64,000 bases of DNA, taken from Octopus sinensis (taxonomy: Eukaryota). Below, one piece after another: positions 27,423 through 42,023 of this stretch. The stretch spans positions 1 through 64,000 of the forward strand of contig NW_021834615.1 in the NCBI RefSeq assembly GCF_006345805.1, given 5' to 3'. How positions within the stretch are numbered: the first letter of the stretch is position 1; every line of letters starts with the position of its first letter. Under the pieces are notes generated by a model. It searched no databases and was not told the DNA's origin. It was given only the letters and a program-made list of their open reading frames with translations. The position numbers and the translations under genes are program-made.

Positions 27423-27527
27423 TACCTGTCCGAATATGTTGTCATCTATTGCATTGTTTTAAGATCTAAACGATAATAAATACCCTGAAGTTCTATTCAT
27501 ATGATGCTATTTCTATTTTTTTCACAG

Positions 27528-27578
27528 AACCGTTTCATCTCCAAGAATCTCTCGACGATAAACCTGATGACACGCCAA
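27528..27578 (+). pseudogene. Gene copy 2, exon 2 (1-nt deletion)
   Basis: 51 nt instead of 52; CCAAGAATC vs CCAAGAAATC; splice sites intact. Confidence 0.65.
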
Positions 27579-30223
27579 GTAAGAACTATTTTTATGGCTA
27601 AGTCTTTTACCCGTGACTCATTAACTAATGATTTATTATTTCACCAACTTTGAATTACTTCCACAATACTATCCATATGTCCACCATAGCATATACTAGA
27701 CACTTGCCTGAATTTATTTCAAATATTGTTCTACTTTACCATAATTTCCTATATAAAATGTTACTTCAATACACTATGCCATTTATTGTGTGTATATGAG
27801 TATATACGCAACGATACGTCGATAATTGTACCAATTCCTCTTCATCTGAGAATCAAATGCCCGAGCTGGCGCTTAACTGCGTTTATATCTACAATTCAGC
27901 ATTCTGTCCACTCCTGTGCTTCCAATCATTCGTGAATAGAGACCCGAAATAATGATGTTCCACTTTCCGACACAGTGCGTATTTGTCAATCCTGCCTTGG
28001 GGTACTCGGCAGCCAACTCATTCAGCGCATGTTGTTGGTTACCATCAGACGAATCATGTAGCAGCATGTCGTCTACAAATAACAGTCGACCGATCACGTA
28101 GAGATGAATTGGGATACCTCTACCACAATGGCTGCGCATATTCAACAGATCACAAAAAAATGTGAGAAGGTGCACTAACAAGCACACTTTTACTCAGTGA
28201 AACCTTCACGTTGAAAAACTTTCGACTTTTACATACATAAATACAATCATTTGAACATCCATATAAGTGCTTTAGGGCAACCAGTATTTGCCCATTAAAC
28301 ACACCTACCTTCATGGTAACATTCCACAACCTGCCCAAGGCACGTGATTGCGTGACTTTTCCGTGGTTTACAGCGTATAAACCTTAGAATGCTTCAACTT
28401 TTGCTGGAAGATCTGTCTTTGAACGACTCTCTGGTCGGGTGTACTGCGTCCCGGACAGTAATCTTGGGCACGACAATTTCCCTACATATCTCTTCCTGAC
28501 ATCTAGTGTAGACTTTTCTATAATTAGAACACAATCTTTGGTCTCTGTTTGAAAAAATTGTGATTGTCTCCGTCTCCCATATTACCGTTGCCTTGTGTTT
28601 TTTCCAGAGGTCCCATCCACCTAGCATACATGGGTCACTCAGAGAATACCATCTGTATTTAAGGTTTCTAAAATATCAAGCCGGACGTGCTTCACCAGCA
28701 GCTTTATCACTTTTAAGTGAATTTAGCTCAAAAAGCGTTCAACCCGAAGAAGAACTGCCGAATAAAATAATACAATCAGGAATCCATTTCGATGTCCAAC
28801 TTCATTCAGGCGGTCACTCTCAATTTGGATGCAAAATTCTCCACAATTTTATATCTGATCCCAGCATCCACAGCGGCTTCCAACTGTATTCTGTAGGTTG
28901 CACTGGACTTACCAATTTCCAGTGTTCGGAAGACCGTAGAATGTTCAGGTTTTCAGACATTTAGTTGTGACGAGTTGACAACTCCGCCCTTCCTTTTACC
29001 CGAACGTTCAGCAAAGAGTGAAAGATGACCGAAATCTATCACAAACCTCTGTCACCAAGTATTTCTATATAAGGTACCCTATAAATATCCCTGTCTTCAA
29101 ATAATATCTATACCAAGAGAGGAGAGTGTGTATCCTGCACTGAAGGCTGCTATGACCTCTCCATTAAGTTCACTGACGACATTCCTTCCAATCAATCCTT
29201 CTCACACGGTTATCAGTGTCAAGGTGTGCACTGAAGTTCTCCTTGCAGGACAAATGACTTACCCCAAATATATCTAATTCTGAGTGTGAATTTGCTAGAA
29301 AGGATTCGTTTTTGAGCTCGCTGTTTGCTGCATATACTTATAGCAGCCAAAGTGGCCCTCCATATTCAGACTTTTTTTCAAGAGGTGACCCTCACACCTA
29401 GTAAGTTTCATTCCATAAAACAATCCGAATGCTGGGGATTGAGAGTATCCTAATCCACCTGTGCAGACATTGTTGGCAACCACATTGCGTAGTAGTGGAG
29501 TTTCAAGCCTATATCCAAGAGTACGCTATCGGAGAAACGAATTTTGTAGAGGAGACTCCGATCATATCTTACAGGCAGATTATATCTAACAATTTTGACT
29601 TTTTAATTCTCAATTATTAAGGGTTGTTCCCTTCTTGATCTGCTTTGTTGTCCTGAGACCGTCAATTTGTGCTCTAACCCCGCACCCCAGATTAATTTGC
29701 AGGCTTCTGCTCGTTGCTCATTTGCACGCGTATTGGTGGGGGTGCTATACATTTATCGACAATAATGCGGTATGGTTGTTATTTTCATATTGTAGTTATG
29801 ATGGCCTTATTTGCGCCGAGCTCCAAACTGATATTTGTAATTGACCGATGAATATTCGCACCTGGCGAATATTTTATCATTATTCTATTGAGAAGTATAT
29901 ATACTCATACCCAAGTTTACGTATCATACATACATCCGTTCATAGCGGAGACCGATACACATTCTGATATTCTGCGATTAATCTCTCAAATCTTTGACAT
30001 CAACGTCACCAACAGGCTCAACATACAAATGTCTTTTTTCTTCTCTTACAATTTATTCTTATTATTTACATCTTTCGTTCTGACTTTCATTCATTCACTC
30101 GTTCTTCTTAAATTCTATCTTTCTCTCTTCTTCTCCATCAATTCCTTCCCATCCAACAACCCTACTTTGTAAATGATTCCCAATTCTTTCTTTAAACTAC
30201 ATTATTTCATTTTAATTTCGCAG

Positions 30224-30297
30224 AACCCGGTCTCGGATCATTGTATACCCGTGTGGCAGAACAACTTGTCCTCCTTATTCAAAACTTGTATATGACG
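30224..30297 (+). pseudogene. Gene copy 2, exon 3 (1-nt deletion)
   Basis: 74 nt instead of 75; CCCGTGTGGCAGA vs CCCGGTGGGGCAGA. Confidence 0.7.
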
Positions 30298-31626
30298 GTT
30301 AGTATACTTTATATTTCTCACCTCTCATTCTTTTTTGTCTTTCTCTTGTTCTCTTTTTATACCTCTCATTCTCTCTTTTTGTTGCCTCTCTCTTTCTCTC
30401 TCACCCTTTCTCCTCACGCACATGCACACACACCCACCCTTTGTCGGGTTGTCTGACATAAACATTCTCAAATCCTCTTATGATATGTCACGTTTCAAAC
30501 GTCTATACCTGTAGACTATACAGACACTACACAAGACTGCTTACTCCTTTGTAGGTATTTGGTCAAATCAGAATATTATATGTTGTCTACAACGGACCAA
30601 GTGAAAAGGATGTTGTCTAACCACAGAATATAGATATCTCTACGTTAAATTACAGATCGGGGCTGGACTGAAAACCACCATGGCGATCAAGAATTTCAGG
30701 CTGTCCAGCTTTGGATTGTAGATGTCAAATATCGAGGCTGCTAACTGGTGATCAATTGTACTGGCTACGGATGGTGATATTGTACGTGAGTGACCAGAGC
30801 TGAAAAGTGGCCACTTGACTATCTTTAACTAGAGTGCCCAATGATCGTAGGTGTGGACTAAATTGAAAAGAGTCTATTAGAATTGATGACAGTGACTGTA
30901 AACGATTAATGAAAAGAATGCACAATGTAGAATGAGGACTGGACAAGCCACATACTGTAACTGATGGAAAAAGCTGAGGACTGTATTCATTAAGTAATAT
31001 ATAGAGAGACTAAATATTAGTGAGAGAACACAACAGGGAACAGAATGCACTTCTATTCATCTCCGCCTCACCGAAATCGTCCTATCGCTAAAACCTTGCT
31101 CTTTTCATGCACCACATCACCTCATTAATTATCCAGTATATCTTTGTAAGGTAATTCCGAAACTTCCAATTCAAAACTGCTGCTACAAACTGCGTCCCCA
31201 ATCAACCTCACATTCCTTAAAAATGCTCTGAATCTGCTCTTTATAAATCCTACACGTATATTTAATCGGTCGCCGACTCAATCACCAAAATATCCCCGTT
31301 CACTCGTGAACAAATTTTCCATTTCGGGTAAACAAGAGAACATGCGTTACAGAATACCTTTCTTTTTCTCCTTCTATTAACATCCACGCAGAAATACTTC
31401 CCCATGCAATCTTACATAATAATCCACGTCATATCCCCAAATACTTACCCGTATACACACAACATATATATACATATACCTACATATATATAATATATAT
31501 ATAATATATATACATTGATTCAGATGAATATGGTTATTAAGTTGAGCCTCCAGAATTTAGTACGGCATTATCCATACAATTTCAAAGTTAGGTGATTAAA
31601 ATTTAAATAAGCAACGATTAAAATAA

Positions 31627-31711
31627 GCAGTACGTTCGTTTCATGCACCTCCATTTAATTCAATAATGTAATCATTACATCAGTTCAAAATTTAGAGCAA
31701 TCTTCAGCTGC
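31627..31711 (-). ncRNA. Type I hammerhead motif
   Basis: GCAG-CUGAAGA-UUGC..GCAU-GAAA-CGAACG-UA-CUGC. Confidence 0.65.
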
Positions 31712-32402
31712 ACAAAGACGTAGAATTTAATTAGTGTACAACAGATGGACACATTTGTATAATTATACTTAAAATCTCCAAGATTTTACATAGAACATGC
31801 TGTTTCTATTTCAGCATAGCAGTTACTAAAATTATGAAGAAGACTCAGCTTACCACTGATTATTTATCTTTATGGGGTCAGTTTTAATTGTTTAAAAATC
31901 CTTTGTATATCTAAGGCTGAGAGAACATAGGGCAGTATCTGTTAGGGGGAGGGCTGAGGGAGTAGATAGACATTCTAGTTGGTATAATTATAAAAAAATC
32001 AAGAATCATTATAAGCAATACCATGAGGTTTAGTAAGGGAAATCTTAAAACAAGATGTTAGCTGATAATTAAGGGGGTCGCACACTGGCAGACTATTGAC
32101 AATGAAACGGAAGGTCTTATCATATATTATAGTTAAATATTTTAAACAATGTTGCTATGAATACAGTTGGAGTTTAGGGTTTTCCAAAGGAATATTAAGA
32201 AGAATAATATAACAAAAGGATAGGAGTGGTTGAATACATTTTGTATTCATAAGTATTCATAAATTTCTTGATAATTTTATTAACTTCTACGCTGAAGTAG
32301 AGACAACATGTTCTTTGTGTATCTCCTTAACTTCTTGGAAATTTTAGGTATAATTATACTAATGTGTCAATCTGTTTTAATTTAATTAAATCCTATGTAT
32401 TT

Positions 32403-32491
32403 GTGCAGCTGAAGATTCCTCTATATTTTAAATTGATGTAATGATTGTATTGTTCAATTTAATGGAGTTGCATGAAACAATTGCACTGCAT
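32403..32491 (+). ncRNA. Type I hammerhead motif, U16.1 to C (probably inactive)
   Basis: GUGCAG-CUGAAGA..GAAA-CAAUUG-CA-CUGCAU. Confidence 0.6.
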
Positions 32492-32748
32492 TATCTCTGG
32501 ATATCCTTGTTGCTTACTTCGATTTACATATATATATATATATATGAAGAGAATGCAAATGCACAGCTATGATCTCAAGCATACCTCAACACACCGCTTG
32601 CACTCACATAAACACTAACATATATACACCACAATTCGTTCACACGTGGCTAAACATGTCTTCTTTTAACAGTAATGAATTTTTCCGTTATTTCATATAT
32701 AATTTTTCTTAACATCTTTTTTACTTGATTTATTCTTACCAATTCTAG

Positions 32749-33248
32749 GTGTCGTTGGTGGACAACATCTTTCCCATACTGGGGGCGGAAGTAATCTCTT
32801 ATGTCTACCCAACGATCCCATTTGGGCCAATTATACTACAGAAGGTGAAGATGGAGGTTGGATTTATGGCAGTGAATATCAACTACAGTTATACCCAACT
32901 AATAACCTCTTTTCTTTTCCTAACGCTGAATCAATTCATGATCACAACGTTCCGTGCGCTGTCTGTTTGACACGACAACCTGCTGTCGTTATGATGTTAC
33001 CAGCCAGGACAAAGTGTTACGCTGGCTGGACAGCTGAGTATTCGGGATATTTGATGACCGCGCATTATAATCATAAAGGCAGACTTGAATATGTTTGTGT
33101 GGATTATGCACCAGAAGCTGATCCAGCAGGTTACAGAAACGAAGATGGAGCTGTTTTATATTTCGTTCAGGCTGCTTGTGGTTCATTGCCATGTCCACAG
33201 TATGTCAATGGTCAAGAATTAACCTGCGTTGTATGCAATAAATATTGA
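32749..33248 (+). CDS. Gene copy 2, exon 4 (intact frame)
   Basis: 500 nt, open from VVGGQHLSHTGGGSN to CVVCNKY*; 28/165 aa differ from copy 1 by my count; AATAAA at 33293-33298. Confidence 0.85.
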
Positions 33249-34741
33249 ATAGAAATTAAATTCGTTTCCATACGAAAATGTCTATGAATTTCAATAAATA
33301 ACAAAATTTTAATTGTGTTACCTAATATTTTCTTTAAAGTATGTCTATCGTTACAATAAACTGTTGTACTAGTTTACAGAAGATATTCAAACGATACAAA
33401 TGAGGCGACCTAGAATGCCAGAAATATCCTCAAAAACAAGAAAAATCTAAATCTGTCGAAATGATTCTAGAAAACATTTTGTAAGATTTCAGTTTATCAA
33501 ACTTATCGTTGAAATAAAATGTTATTTTGTTTAACAGTATTTTGTCTTCTGTCTCATGATTCAACAAAACCCCAAACAAAGTACCACCATAGAATTATAT
33601 CAGCTTTTCATGCACAGCCTTAGAATTTCTAATACACGACGCTACTATCTCAGACATCTTGGTTTTCAAATTACAACTCGGATTCTGACAAAGACCCATG
33701 AACCGCTACATTACTTAGCACAGAACTTAACTGATTCTTTCAACAACAACAAGATACGTCTTCACAAACCATTCTATTTGCCATTATTAATCAGGAAAGC
33801 TTTCTGTTCCTTTCCTACCCCATATCTTATAAAACCTATTTATCGTCTACTTTAGAAATATCACAAAATGTTCAATTTAAGCTTTCTGAGAATGTGGAAT
33901 TTACACGATCAATCCCTCAAAAGACAGTATATATGAGTATTGGTCCTGCCAACCTAAATCTATATCACGAAATTCCCACCTCTCTTCAAAATAAGATACA
34001 AAATGAAACTCGATGCACACAACATACACGTCATATACTAAGCGCTGATATACAAGAATAAGAAATGAAATCAACCAGAAAAATTGCCTCATTTCGACAG
34101 CAGAGAACATCAAATACGACGATTTCTTTCACTCCGCTACGTAAACATACCAGACTCGAAGAAAGGATGAATCCTAGAAGCTGAAGACATTTCATGTAAA
34201 ACGAATACAACACCCATAAAAGCGAGAGTAAAGAGAGCAAATATAGTCAGGGCAAGCACGGATGCTGTGTGTAAGAAGGCTGAGATGTTGTGACCGTCAC
34301 GTTATATCCAATAGGATTCATGACTGTATGTTGGAGTGTGTCGAATATTTGTTAGATAAACGAAGGGTTCGGTTTACAGCATCAAGCTGCAATAAAGATT
34401 AAAGATTATTAATGTTTACTATCCCACCATTATTAGTCTAATGGGTAAATCTGCATTCGCTTCTCTAGATTACAAATATTTTCCTTGTTGTAAATCGTAA
34501 ACAATTGCAGAGAATACGGACGCTGGTAGATCTTCAAAATCATCTTTTGATTCAGCGGCATAATTAGACAGTTAAAACGACCGCCAGGTGTTTAAGCTGT
34601 ACAGAGCATGCGCAGCTGCATATGCAACCCGCCATTACAATAGGAAAAATTATGGGACTTTGTTGAAATCTGACATGGCTGTAAGATTTATTTTGTAGCT
34701 TATTTCAAATTCACCTTATTTCGAGGGCCAAACCGAGAGTG

Positions 34742-34772
<31 letters not shown>

Positions 34773-34781
34773 ACACACACA

Positions 34782-34820
<39 letters not shown>

Positions 34821-35221
34821 GCACGCACACACAAACACACACACACACATACACACAAACACACACACACACACACATATTTATTAAATTAGGTCAAACT
34901 ATATTTGAGGGGTCTAATATGCTTCATCTAAGAAAATTTAATCATAACTATGGAATTCCGACGTACAAATGCAGTCCATACGGAAGGTGCACTTGCGAAT
35001 TGAGTTTCAAATGGGAGACACTGTACCTGTATGTTTTGATATGATTTATAGAACAAGAAGAAACATATTCAAAGCTAGTGATAATGACTAGCTAAAAATA
35101 TGTATGAATGTCATTATTCGGTTTTAATAGAATATTTCTGGCCAACAGAAAGAGAGACGGCTTCTAACTTAGTTCCAAGTATCTTTCATTGGAATTTCAA
35201 CAACATGAACAGGATATTTTT

Positions 35222-36058
35222 GTATGTATGTATGCATGTATGTATGTATGTATGTATATATGTATGTATGTATGTATGCATGTATGTATGTATGTATGTA
35301 TGCATGTATGTACGTTTGTATGTATGTATGTATGTATTTACGTATGTATGTATGTATTTATGTATGTATGTATGTATGTATGCATGTATGTATGTATGCA
35401 TGTATGTATGCATGTATGTATATATGTATGTATGCATGTATGTATGTATGTATGCATGTATGTATGTATGTATGTATGTTGTATGTATGTATGTATGTAT
35501 GTATGCATGTATGTATGTATGTATGTATGCATGCATGAATGTATGCATGTATGTATGTATGCATGTATGTATGTATGTATGTATGTATGCATGTATGTAC
35601 GTTAATATGTTAATATGTATGTATGTATGCATGTATGTATGTATGTATGTATGTATGTATGTATGTATGTATGTATGCATGTATGCATGCATGTATGTAT
35701 GTATGTATGCATGTATGTATGTATGTATGTATGTATATATGTATGTATGAATGCATGTATGTATGTATGCATGCATGTATGTATGTATGTATGTATGTAT
35801 GTACGTATGTATTTATGCATGTATGTATGTATGTATGTATGTATGTATGTATGTATGCATGTATGCATGCATGTATGTATGTATGTATGCATGTATGTAT
35901 GTATGTATGTATATATGTATGTATGAATGCATGTATGTATGTATGCTTGTATGTATGTATGTATGTATATATGTATGTATGTATGCATGTATGTATGTAT
36001 GCATGTATGTATGTATGTATGTATGTATATATGTATGTATGTATGCATGTATGTATGT
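35222..36058. repeat. Long (ATGT)n/(ATGC) tetranucleotide array
   Basis: Directly visible; similar tracts at ~36620-36900 and 37555-37790. Confidence 0.95.
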
Positions 36059-38877
36059 CAGGTCACTTTCGAGTGCTACTGGTAAACATGTAACCCAGTA
36101 CAACCTGTTGCATTGTCGGGTCGTCGGCGACTAAGCCGGCAACCCCACCAAGCTTGCTTGGTGAGGAGGGAGTTTATTGGACACCCTGCGGGATGAAAAA
36201 CAAAACCCGTCAAAGAGCGGAGGAACTCTTGAGAATGAACGGCCATCCAATATATGTCTTAAGGCCGTATCATGCGCGGCGAAATAGAAATAATCGGACT
36301 GAATACCCGATCGCGCGGTTAAACCAATGGGAGTGAAGGACTCCTAGACTTTGTTAGGGCATCCTTCTAGGAGAAGGTAACTCAGGTAACCGGGATAACT
36401 CCGATATAAATCCTGCGGCTCAGTGGTTACCGATGAGGTTGACTTATAGTTCGATTCGGATTATGGCTGCTGTTGCTTAGTGACTGGGATTGACACAGTG
36501 CACAGCCTTTACTCAGTATAAAAAAAAATCTTCATGCACAGGCATTGCAAGATAACAACATTGATTAAGCTTCGTGCAATGCCCATACTCGATAACGAGG
36601 GGGCAGCCACCAAGTATGTATGTATGTATCTATGGATGGATGGATGGATGTAAGTAGGTATGCATGTATGTATGGATGTAATTATGTATGTATGTATGTA
36701 TATATGTATATATGTGTATATGTGTCTATCGATATATATTTGCTTACATTCAAAAATACATTTATGTATACATGTATACATACGTACATGTATGTATAAA
36801 TATATGCATACATGTATGTATGTATGTATGAAAGTGTGTATGTATGTATGTATGTGTGTGTATGTATGTTTGTATGTATGTATGTGTGTATGTATGTGTG
36901 TATGTGTGTATGTATATATATATATAATATATATATATATATATGTGACAATGAAGGGTGAAATTAATTAATTTGTAATAATTATCAATTACACCAAGTA
37001 GTCTTCGGCATGTAAAAGCCTCATTCGAGGAAAATTTAAGTAATACTAAGCAATTAAGGGTTTAGCAACGAATTGCCTTACCGCACACCGAATTTAGAAA
37101 TAGCAGTCAAAGAGATTATAGCTATTTCTTCTACTAAAAAGGAGATCACAGTAAAGACACAGCATTTGAAAGGCAAACACAAACAGGTAAGAGAGAATGA
37201 ATTAACGGCAATCTATCGTACAGTTTTAAGTCACATACGGACGTACGTTTCGAGATCAAGTCTTAGGAAAGTATAAGAATTAGATAATTCTACCTTACCC
37301 AGACTTCTTCTCTCATCAGCGCAGGATACAAACAATCATGAATGATTGAATATTGAATTTTGAGATAATAGAAGGCACCAACTCAACTCAGTATTAGAGC
37401 GAGCTAGAAGCCACAGCTAGTATCACCAAATTCAAAGTATGAATGAAAGCTTGTGTCACCAGTCCCTTCCCACCCGCGTGTAGCCAAGACAAAGTGCTGT
37501 GGTCATTTGCTGAGATGAATATGGTTATGAGTAACAATGAAGGGTGATATTAATTGTATGTAAGTATACATGTATGTATAGATGTATGTATATACGTGAG
37601 TGAGTATGTATGCATGTATGTATGTATGTATGTGTGTATGTATGTATGCATGTATATATGTATGGGTGTATGTATGTACGTTTGAATGTATGCGTGCATG
37701 TATGTATGTATGTATGTATGTATGTATGTATGTCTGTATGTATGTATGTATGCATGTATGTATGTATGTATATATGTATGTATGTATGGGTGGGTGGGAA
37801 TTGGTAGGTTTTGATTTTGATATTCCCATAAAACTTTTCTAATCCGATTAACGCTTGTTGTGGAGAATCCAATCCGAACAGCGGACTTCATTAGATTAAG
37901 TCTTGCGATTACTGTGTGGGTTGAACGAAATACTTCCCACTCTGGATATTAAAACAGTGTGTGAGTGTGTGTGTGTGTGTGTGAGTGTGTGTGTGTGTGT
38001 GTCAGTGTATGTGTGTGTGTGGGAGTGTGTGTGTGTGTGTTAATATGCGTGTCAGTGTATGTGTGTGTGTGTGTAAGTGTATGTGTGTGTGTCAGTGTAT
38101 GTGCGTGTGTGTGTCAGCGTGTGTGTGTGTGTGTCAGTGTGTGTGTGTCAATGTGTATGTCTGTGCGTGAGTGTGTGTGTGTGTAAGACAATGTATCTGT
38201 GTGTGTGTGTCAGTGTGTGTGTCAGTGTGTGTTGGTGTGTGTGGGTGTGTGTTGGTGTGTGTGTATGTCAGTATGTGTGTGTGTGTTAGTGTGTGTGCGT
38301 GAGTGTGTCTGTGTGTCAGTGTGTGTAGGTGTGTGTGTTGGTGTTTGTGTCAGTGTGTGCTTGTGTGTACGTGTCTGTGTGTGTGTGTCAGTGTCTGTGT
38401 GTGTGTCCGTCCGTGTGTGTTTGCGTGTCAGTGTGTGTGTATGCGTTTGTGTCTGTGTATGTGTTGGTTGAACGAAATACTTCCCACACTGAATATTAAA
38501 ACAGTTTCCCAAGAATAAACAAATAAAATTAAATAACAACATTAGTAAATAAATATATCATAATATATCCAGAAACAGGAATCATTTCACTTTACACGTG
38601 TCTCTCATTCATCAAAATATTTTGCTAATTATTGTGTGACAATATCAAACCATCTCTTTCCAATAATTAAACCTGTCAGACAAGTTCACACCCGCTTTTA
38701 CAGTTCCACCAATCGCATTGGTTCATAAATTTACGATAAGATCTATGCCAGAGCTGGGTTGTTGTGCGCTCAATAAATACGTGGAATTCAGTTACAGGTC
38801 TTCAGCTTAAACCTCGCATCTCGATCTTTTGTTGAAGCCACACGAAGTATCACTTACGACCGACAACTGTCACCAGA

Positions 38878-39021
38878 ATGGATTTCGCACAACTGTCCAG
38901 GAATATTTCGCAGCGTTATTCCATTTCTTCTCTCATAGCTTTTGGGGTTCTTCTCGTTCTGACGATCGTGATTCTTCATCAAGATTCAAGAATAGGAAAA
39001 ATGGAAGAGAAATCGAAAACG
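38878..39021 (+). CDS. Gene copy 3, exon 1
   Basis: 144 nt; MDFAQLSRNISQRYSISSLIAFGVLLVLTIVILHQDSRIGKMEEKSKT|GTAAGT. Confidence 0.8.
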
Positions 39022-39432
39022 GTAAGTCATGGATTTTGTGTTAATATATGTATGTCTTTATGTATTTATATATGCATGTATGTATGTATGCATTTACGTA
39101 TGTATGTATTAATATGTGGATGTATGTACGTACCGATGGATAGATGGATGTAAGGATGTATGCATGAATCACTTACATATGTTCCTATGGAGCACACACA
39201 CACACATAAGATCACACACGTAATCACACACGAACACACAGGCGCACACACCTAAACATACATATATTTGTATATATAATATACATATATATGTATATAT
39301 AAATATACATATATATGAATATATTATTGCGTGAACATATATAGATATATATATACAAACAAATATATGCGTGTGTGTATCTATCACTGTATCACTCTGC
39401 CTATCTCTCTCTCTCTCTCTCTCTATTTATCA

Positions 39433-39472
<40 letters not shown>

Positions 39473-39732
39473 CTGTGTGTGTGTTTGTATATAAATATAT
39501 TCTTCTACCCGTTTCAGTCATTTGACTGCGGCCATGCTAGAGCACTGCGTTTAGTAGGACGAATCGTTTCAGGAATTATTCTTTGTAAGCCTATTGCTCA
39601 TTCTCTCGGTATCTCTAGCCGAACCGCTAAATAACAGGGACGTAAACACACCGACATTAGTTGAGAATCGATAGTGGTGCAACAATAACAGACACACATA
39701 AAACATAGATACATACACACTATGTGTGCTAT

Positions 39733-39764
<32 letters not shown>

Positions 39765-39868
39765 ACATACATCTATATATATATATATTCATAACATATA
39801 TACATACACACATATATAGTTACGTATGTATGTACATACATGTCTATCTATCAATCTATTTATCTACA

Positions 39869-39899
<31 letters not shown>

Positions 39900-39934
39900 T
39901 TTTCTATCTATCTTTCTATCTATCTATCTATATA

Positions 39935-39974
<40 letters not shown>

Positions 39975-40661
39975 CATAAACACACATCCCAAGGAAACAC
40001 AAAGAAGAGTGGAATTGTACTCCTGTCCGATCGCTCTTTCACCAGACATAATCCTGGAGAGGGAAATAAGTGCGTAATGAAAAAAATCTAATGGTGGGGT
40101 TCCAGCATGGCCATGCCCTGTCGCTGCAACGTTTAGCCCTATTAATATTAGTGTTAAGTATTATATCTAGATGTACACTTGCACACACGCACAGAAACAG
40201 ACACATACAAACACACACACACGCACACATAGGAATACGTACATATTTACACACATTTATCTATTTCTCTCCATCAGGAACGGAAGTGAGGCGAGTTTTT
40301 TTAATCTTTTCTTTCCAACTGAAAATAAAACGTGCGAGTGCCAATGTAGATCGGTGAATTTCGTAATGTTTGACTGTAATTCACGTTGGTTTTTATATAT
40401 GACAATATGTAAGAACGAATGTAAATACATACACACAGACACACGGACAAACACACGCTCAAATAAACACAAACACACACACATACGCACGCACACAGAC
40501 ACACGTGCTCAATTGTACACGAAGAACCACACTATACAGTGTATGTCCACTCACATATATGTGTGCGTTTGTGTGTGTCTATGCGTATAAGTAGATATGT
40601 ATATTTGTGATATTTATGGCGTGTATGCTTGAGTATACGTGTATACCTATACATTGATATG

Positions 40662-40726
<65 letters not shown>

Positions 40727-41890
40727 GGATGTTTTCTATTCTGAAGCCAGGACCACAGATCTTTCTACTTAACTAAATAATCTGAAACTTCGTATGCTGA
40801 TAGAGTCTAGCAAAACAAGACACAGGTTGGAACTAGTTTATTTGAGAAAAATCTATTTGATGACTTTAATCGTAGATTAAAACTGCGAATTTTAACCAAT
40901 GAGATTGTTTGTTTTCATGTGTAAACCTTGACTGCATTCTATTAGTGTGACGTAGAAAGCGCTTTTGTGACGTACTAACGTTCGGAAAACTGTAAACAAA
41001 CACGGCAGACGAAATACGGCTACGCATTTCGCCCGGCGTGCTAACGTTTCTGCCAGCTCTTTGCTTTTTTAATATTAAATTTCGGCGAAGTTTCGCTTGT
41101 CGTAGCACAAGTTTTCCGTCGATTTCCGTAAAAAACTTTTATTTTTTCACATAAGTAATGAGAGCGAAAGAGACTAAGAGGAAGCGATTTTATGACGAGG
41201 GAAGTTTGTCTTTGAAGTTACCGTCTAGGGGAAGCATTGATGTACATGTGTGTATGTGTGTGTTTGATGGGGTGTGGGAGACAGTATGTTGTGTAAGTGA
41301 AGTGCTTCTGTTAGTGTGTGTGAAGAGACAGAGAGAGTAATGTGTGAAAGAGAGAGATAACTGAAATTTTTTACTCGGTGTATGTGTATATGTATGTCTG
41401 CATGTATGTGTGTGTTTGTATGTATCTATGTATGTATGGCCAATTCATCGTAATTACGATTACGATGAATCGGCTATACATACATACACACACACACATA
41501 CATACACACACACACATACTTACACATACATACACACACACATACATGCAGACATACAGAATGGAAACATTTTCAATTTAATACATGTGGCTTATTAACT
41601 AGTTTTAAATATTGTTATTAGAAGGTGGCCGACTTGTTTACATTTAAGATGTTAAATACGTCACGAATTGGTGGTCGAGACGGAGTAAATAAAATAAAGC
41701 CGAATGACGGAATATCATTGGTTAAAATTCTAATTATTAAACAACGTTAAACTTAGAAGTTACAATTCCGTTTTCATTCTGGTTTACAATTAAGTTTACT
41801 TTTGACACATTCTACCAGTATACGAAGTTTCAAATTGTTTGGTTCAGTAGGAAAAATTTGAAAAAACTGGCCTCAAAATAGAAAAGATCC
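40727..41890. mobile_element. Non-autonomous TIR DNA element in (TA)n
   Basis: 24-bp TIRs matching 21/24 (GGATGTTTTCTATTCTGAAGCCAG); copy 3 only. Confidence 0.75.
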
Positions 41891-41906
41891 TATATATATG
41901 TATATA

Positions 41907-41959
<53 letters not shown>

Positions 41960-41991
41960 TATGAATATATATATATAGTATATTATATAAT

Positions 41992-42023
<32 letters not shown>

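Larger units (their letters stand above)
31512..32528. mobile_element. Older PLE-derived insertion with inverted hammerhead-bearing arms
   Basis: Imperfect inverted repeat 31627-31840 / 32265-32491; (TA)n on both sides; absent in copy 1. Confidence 0.7.

Noticed and set aside
23597-30297. Three -1 deletions in copy 2 summing to -3 as a compensated frame
   Set aside because: The shifted frame hits TGA inside exon 1
35100-36134. Long MYVC/HTYI ORFs, and CVCV ORFs at 22638-23236, 37965-38542 and 56039-57185
   Set aside because: Translations of (ATGT)n, (GT)n and (TA)n microsatellites; no coding signal
36060-36500. GC-richer segment as a LINE 5' UTR with an HDV-like ribozyme
   Set aside because: Could not build P1/P3/P1.1; left unclassified
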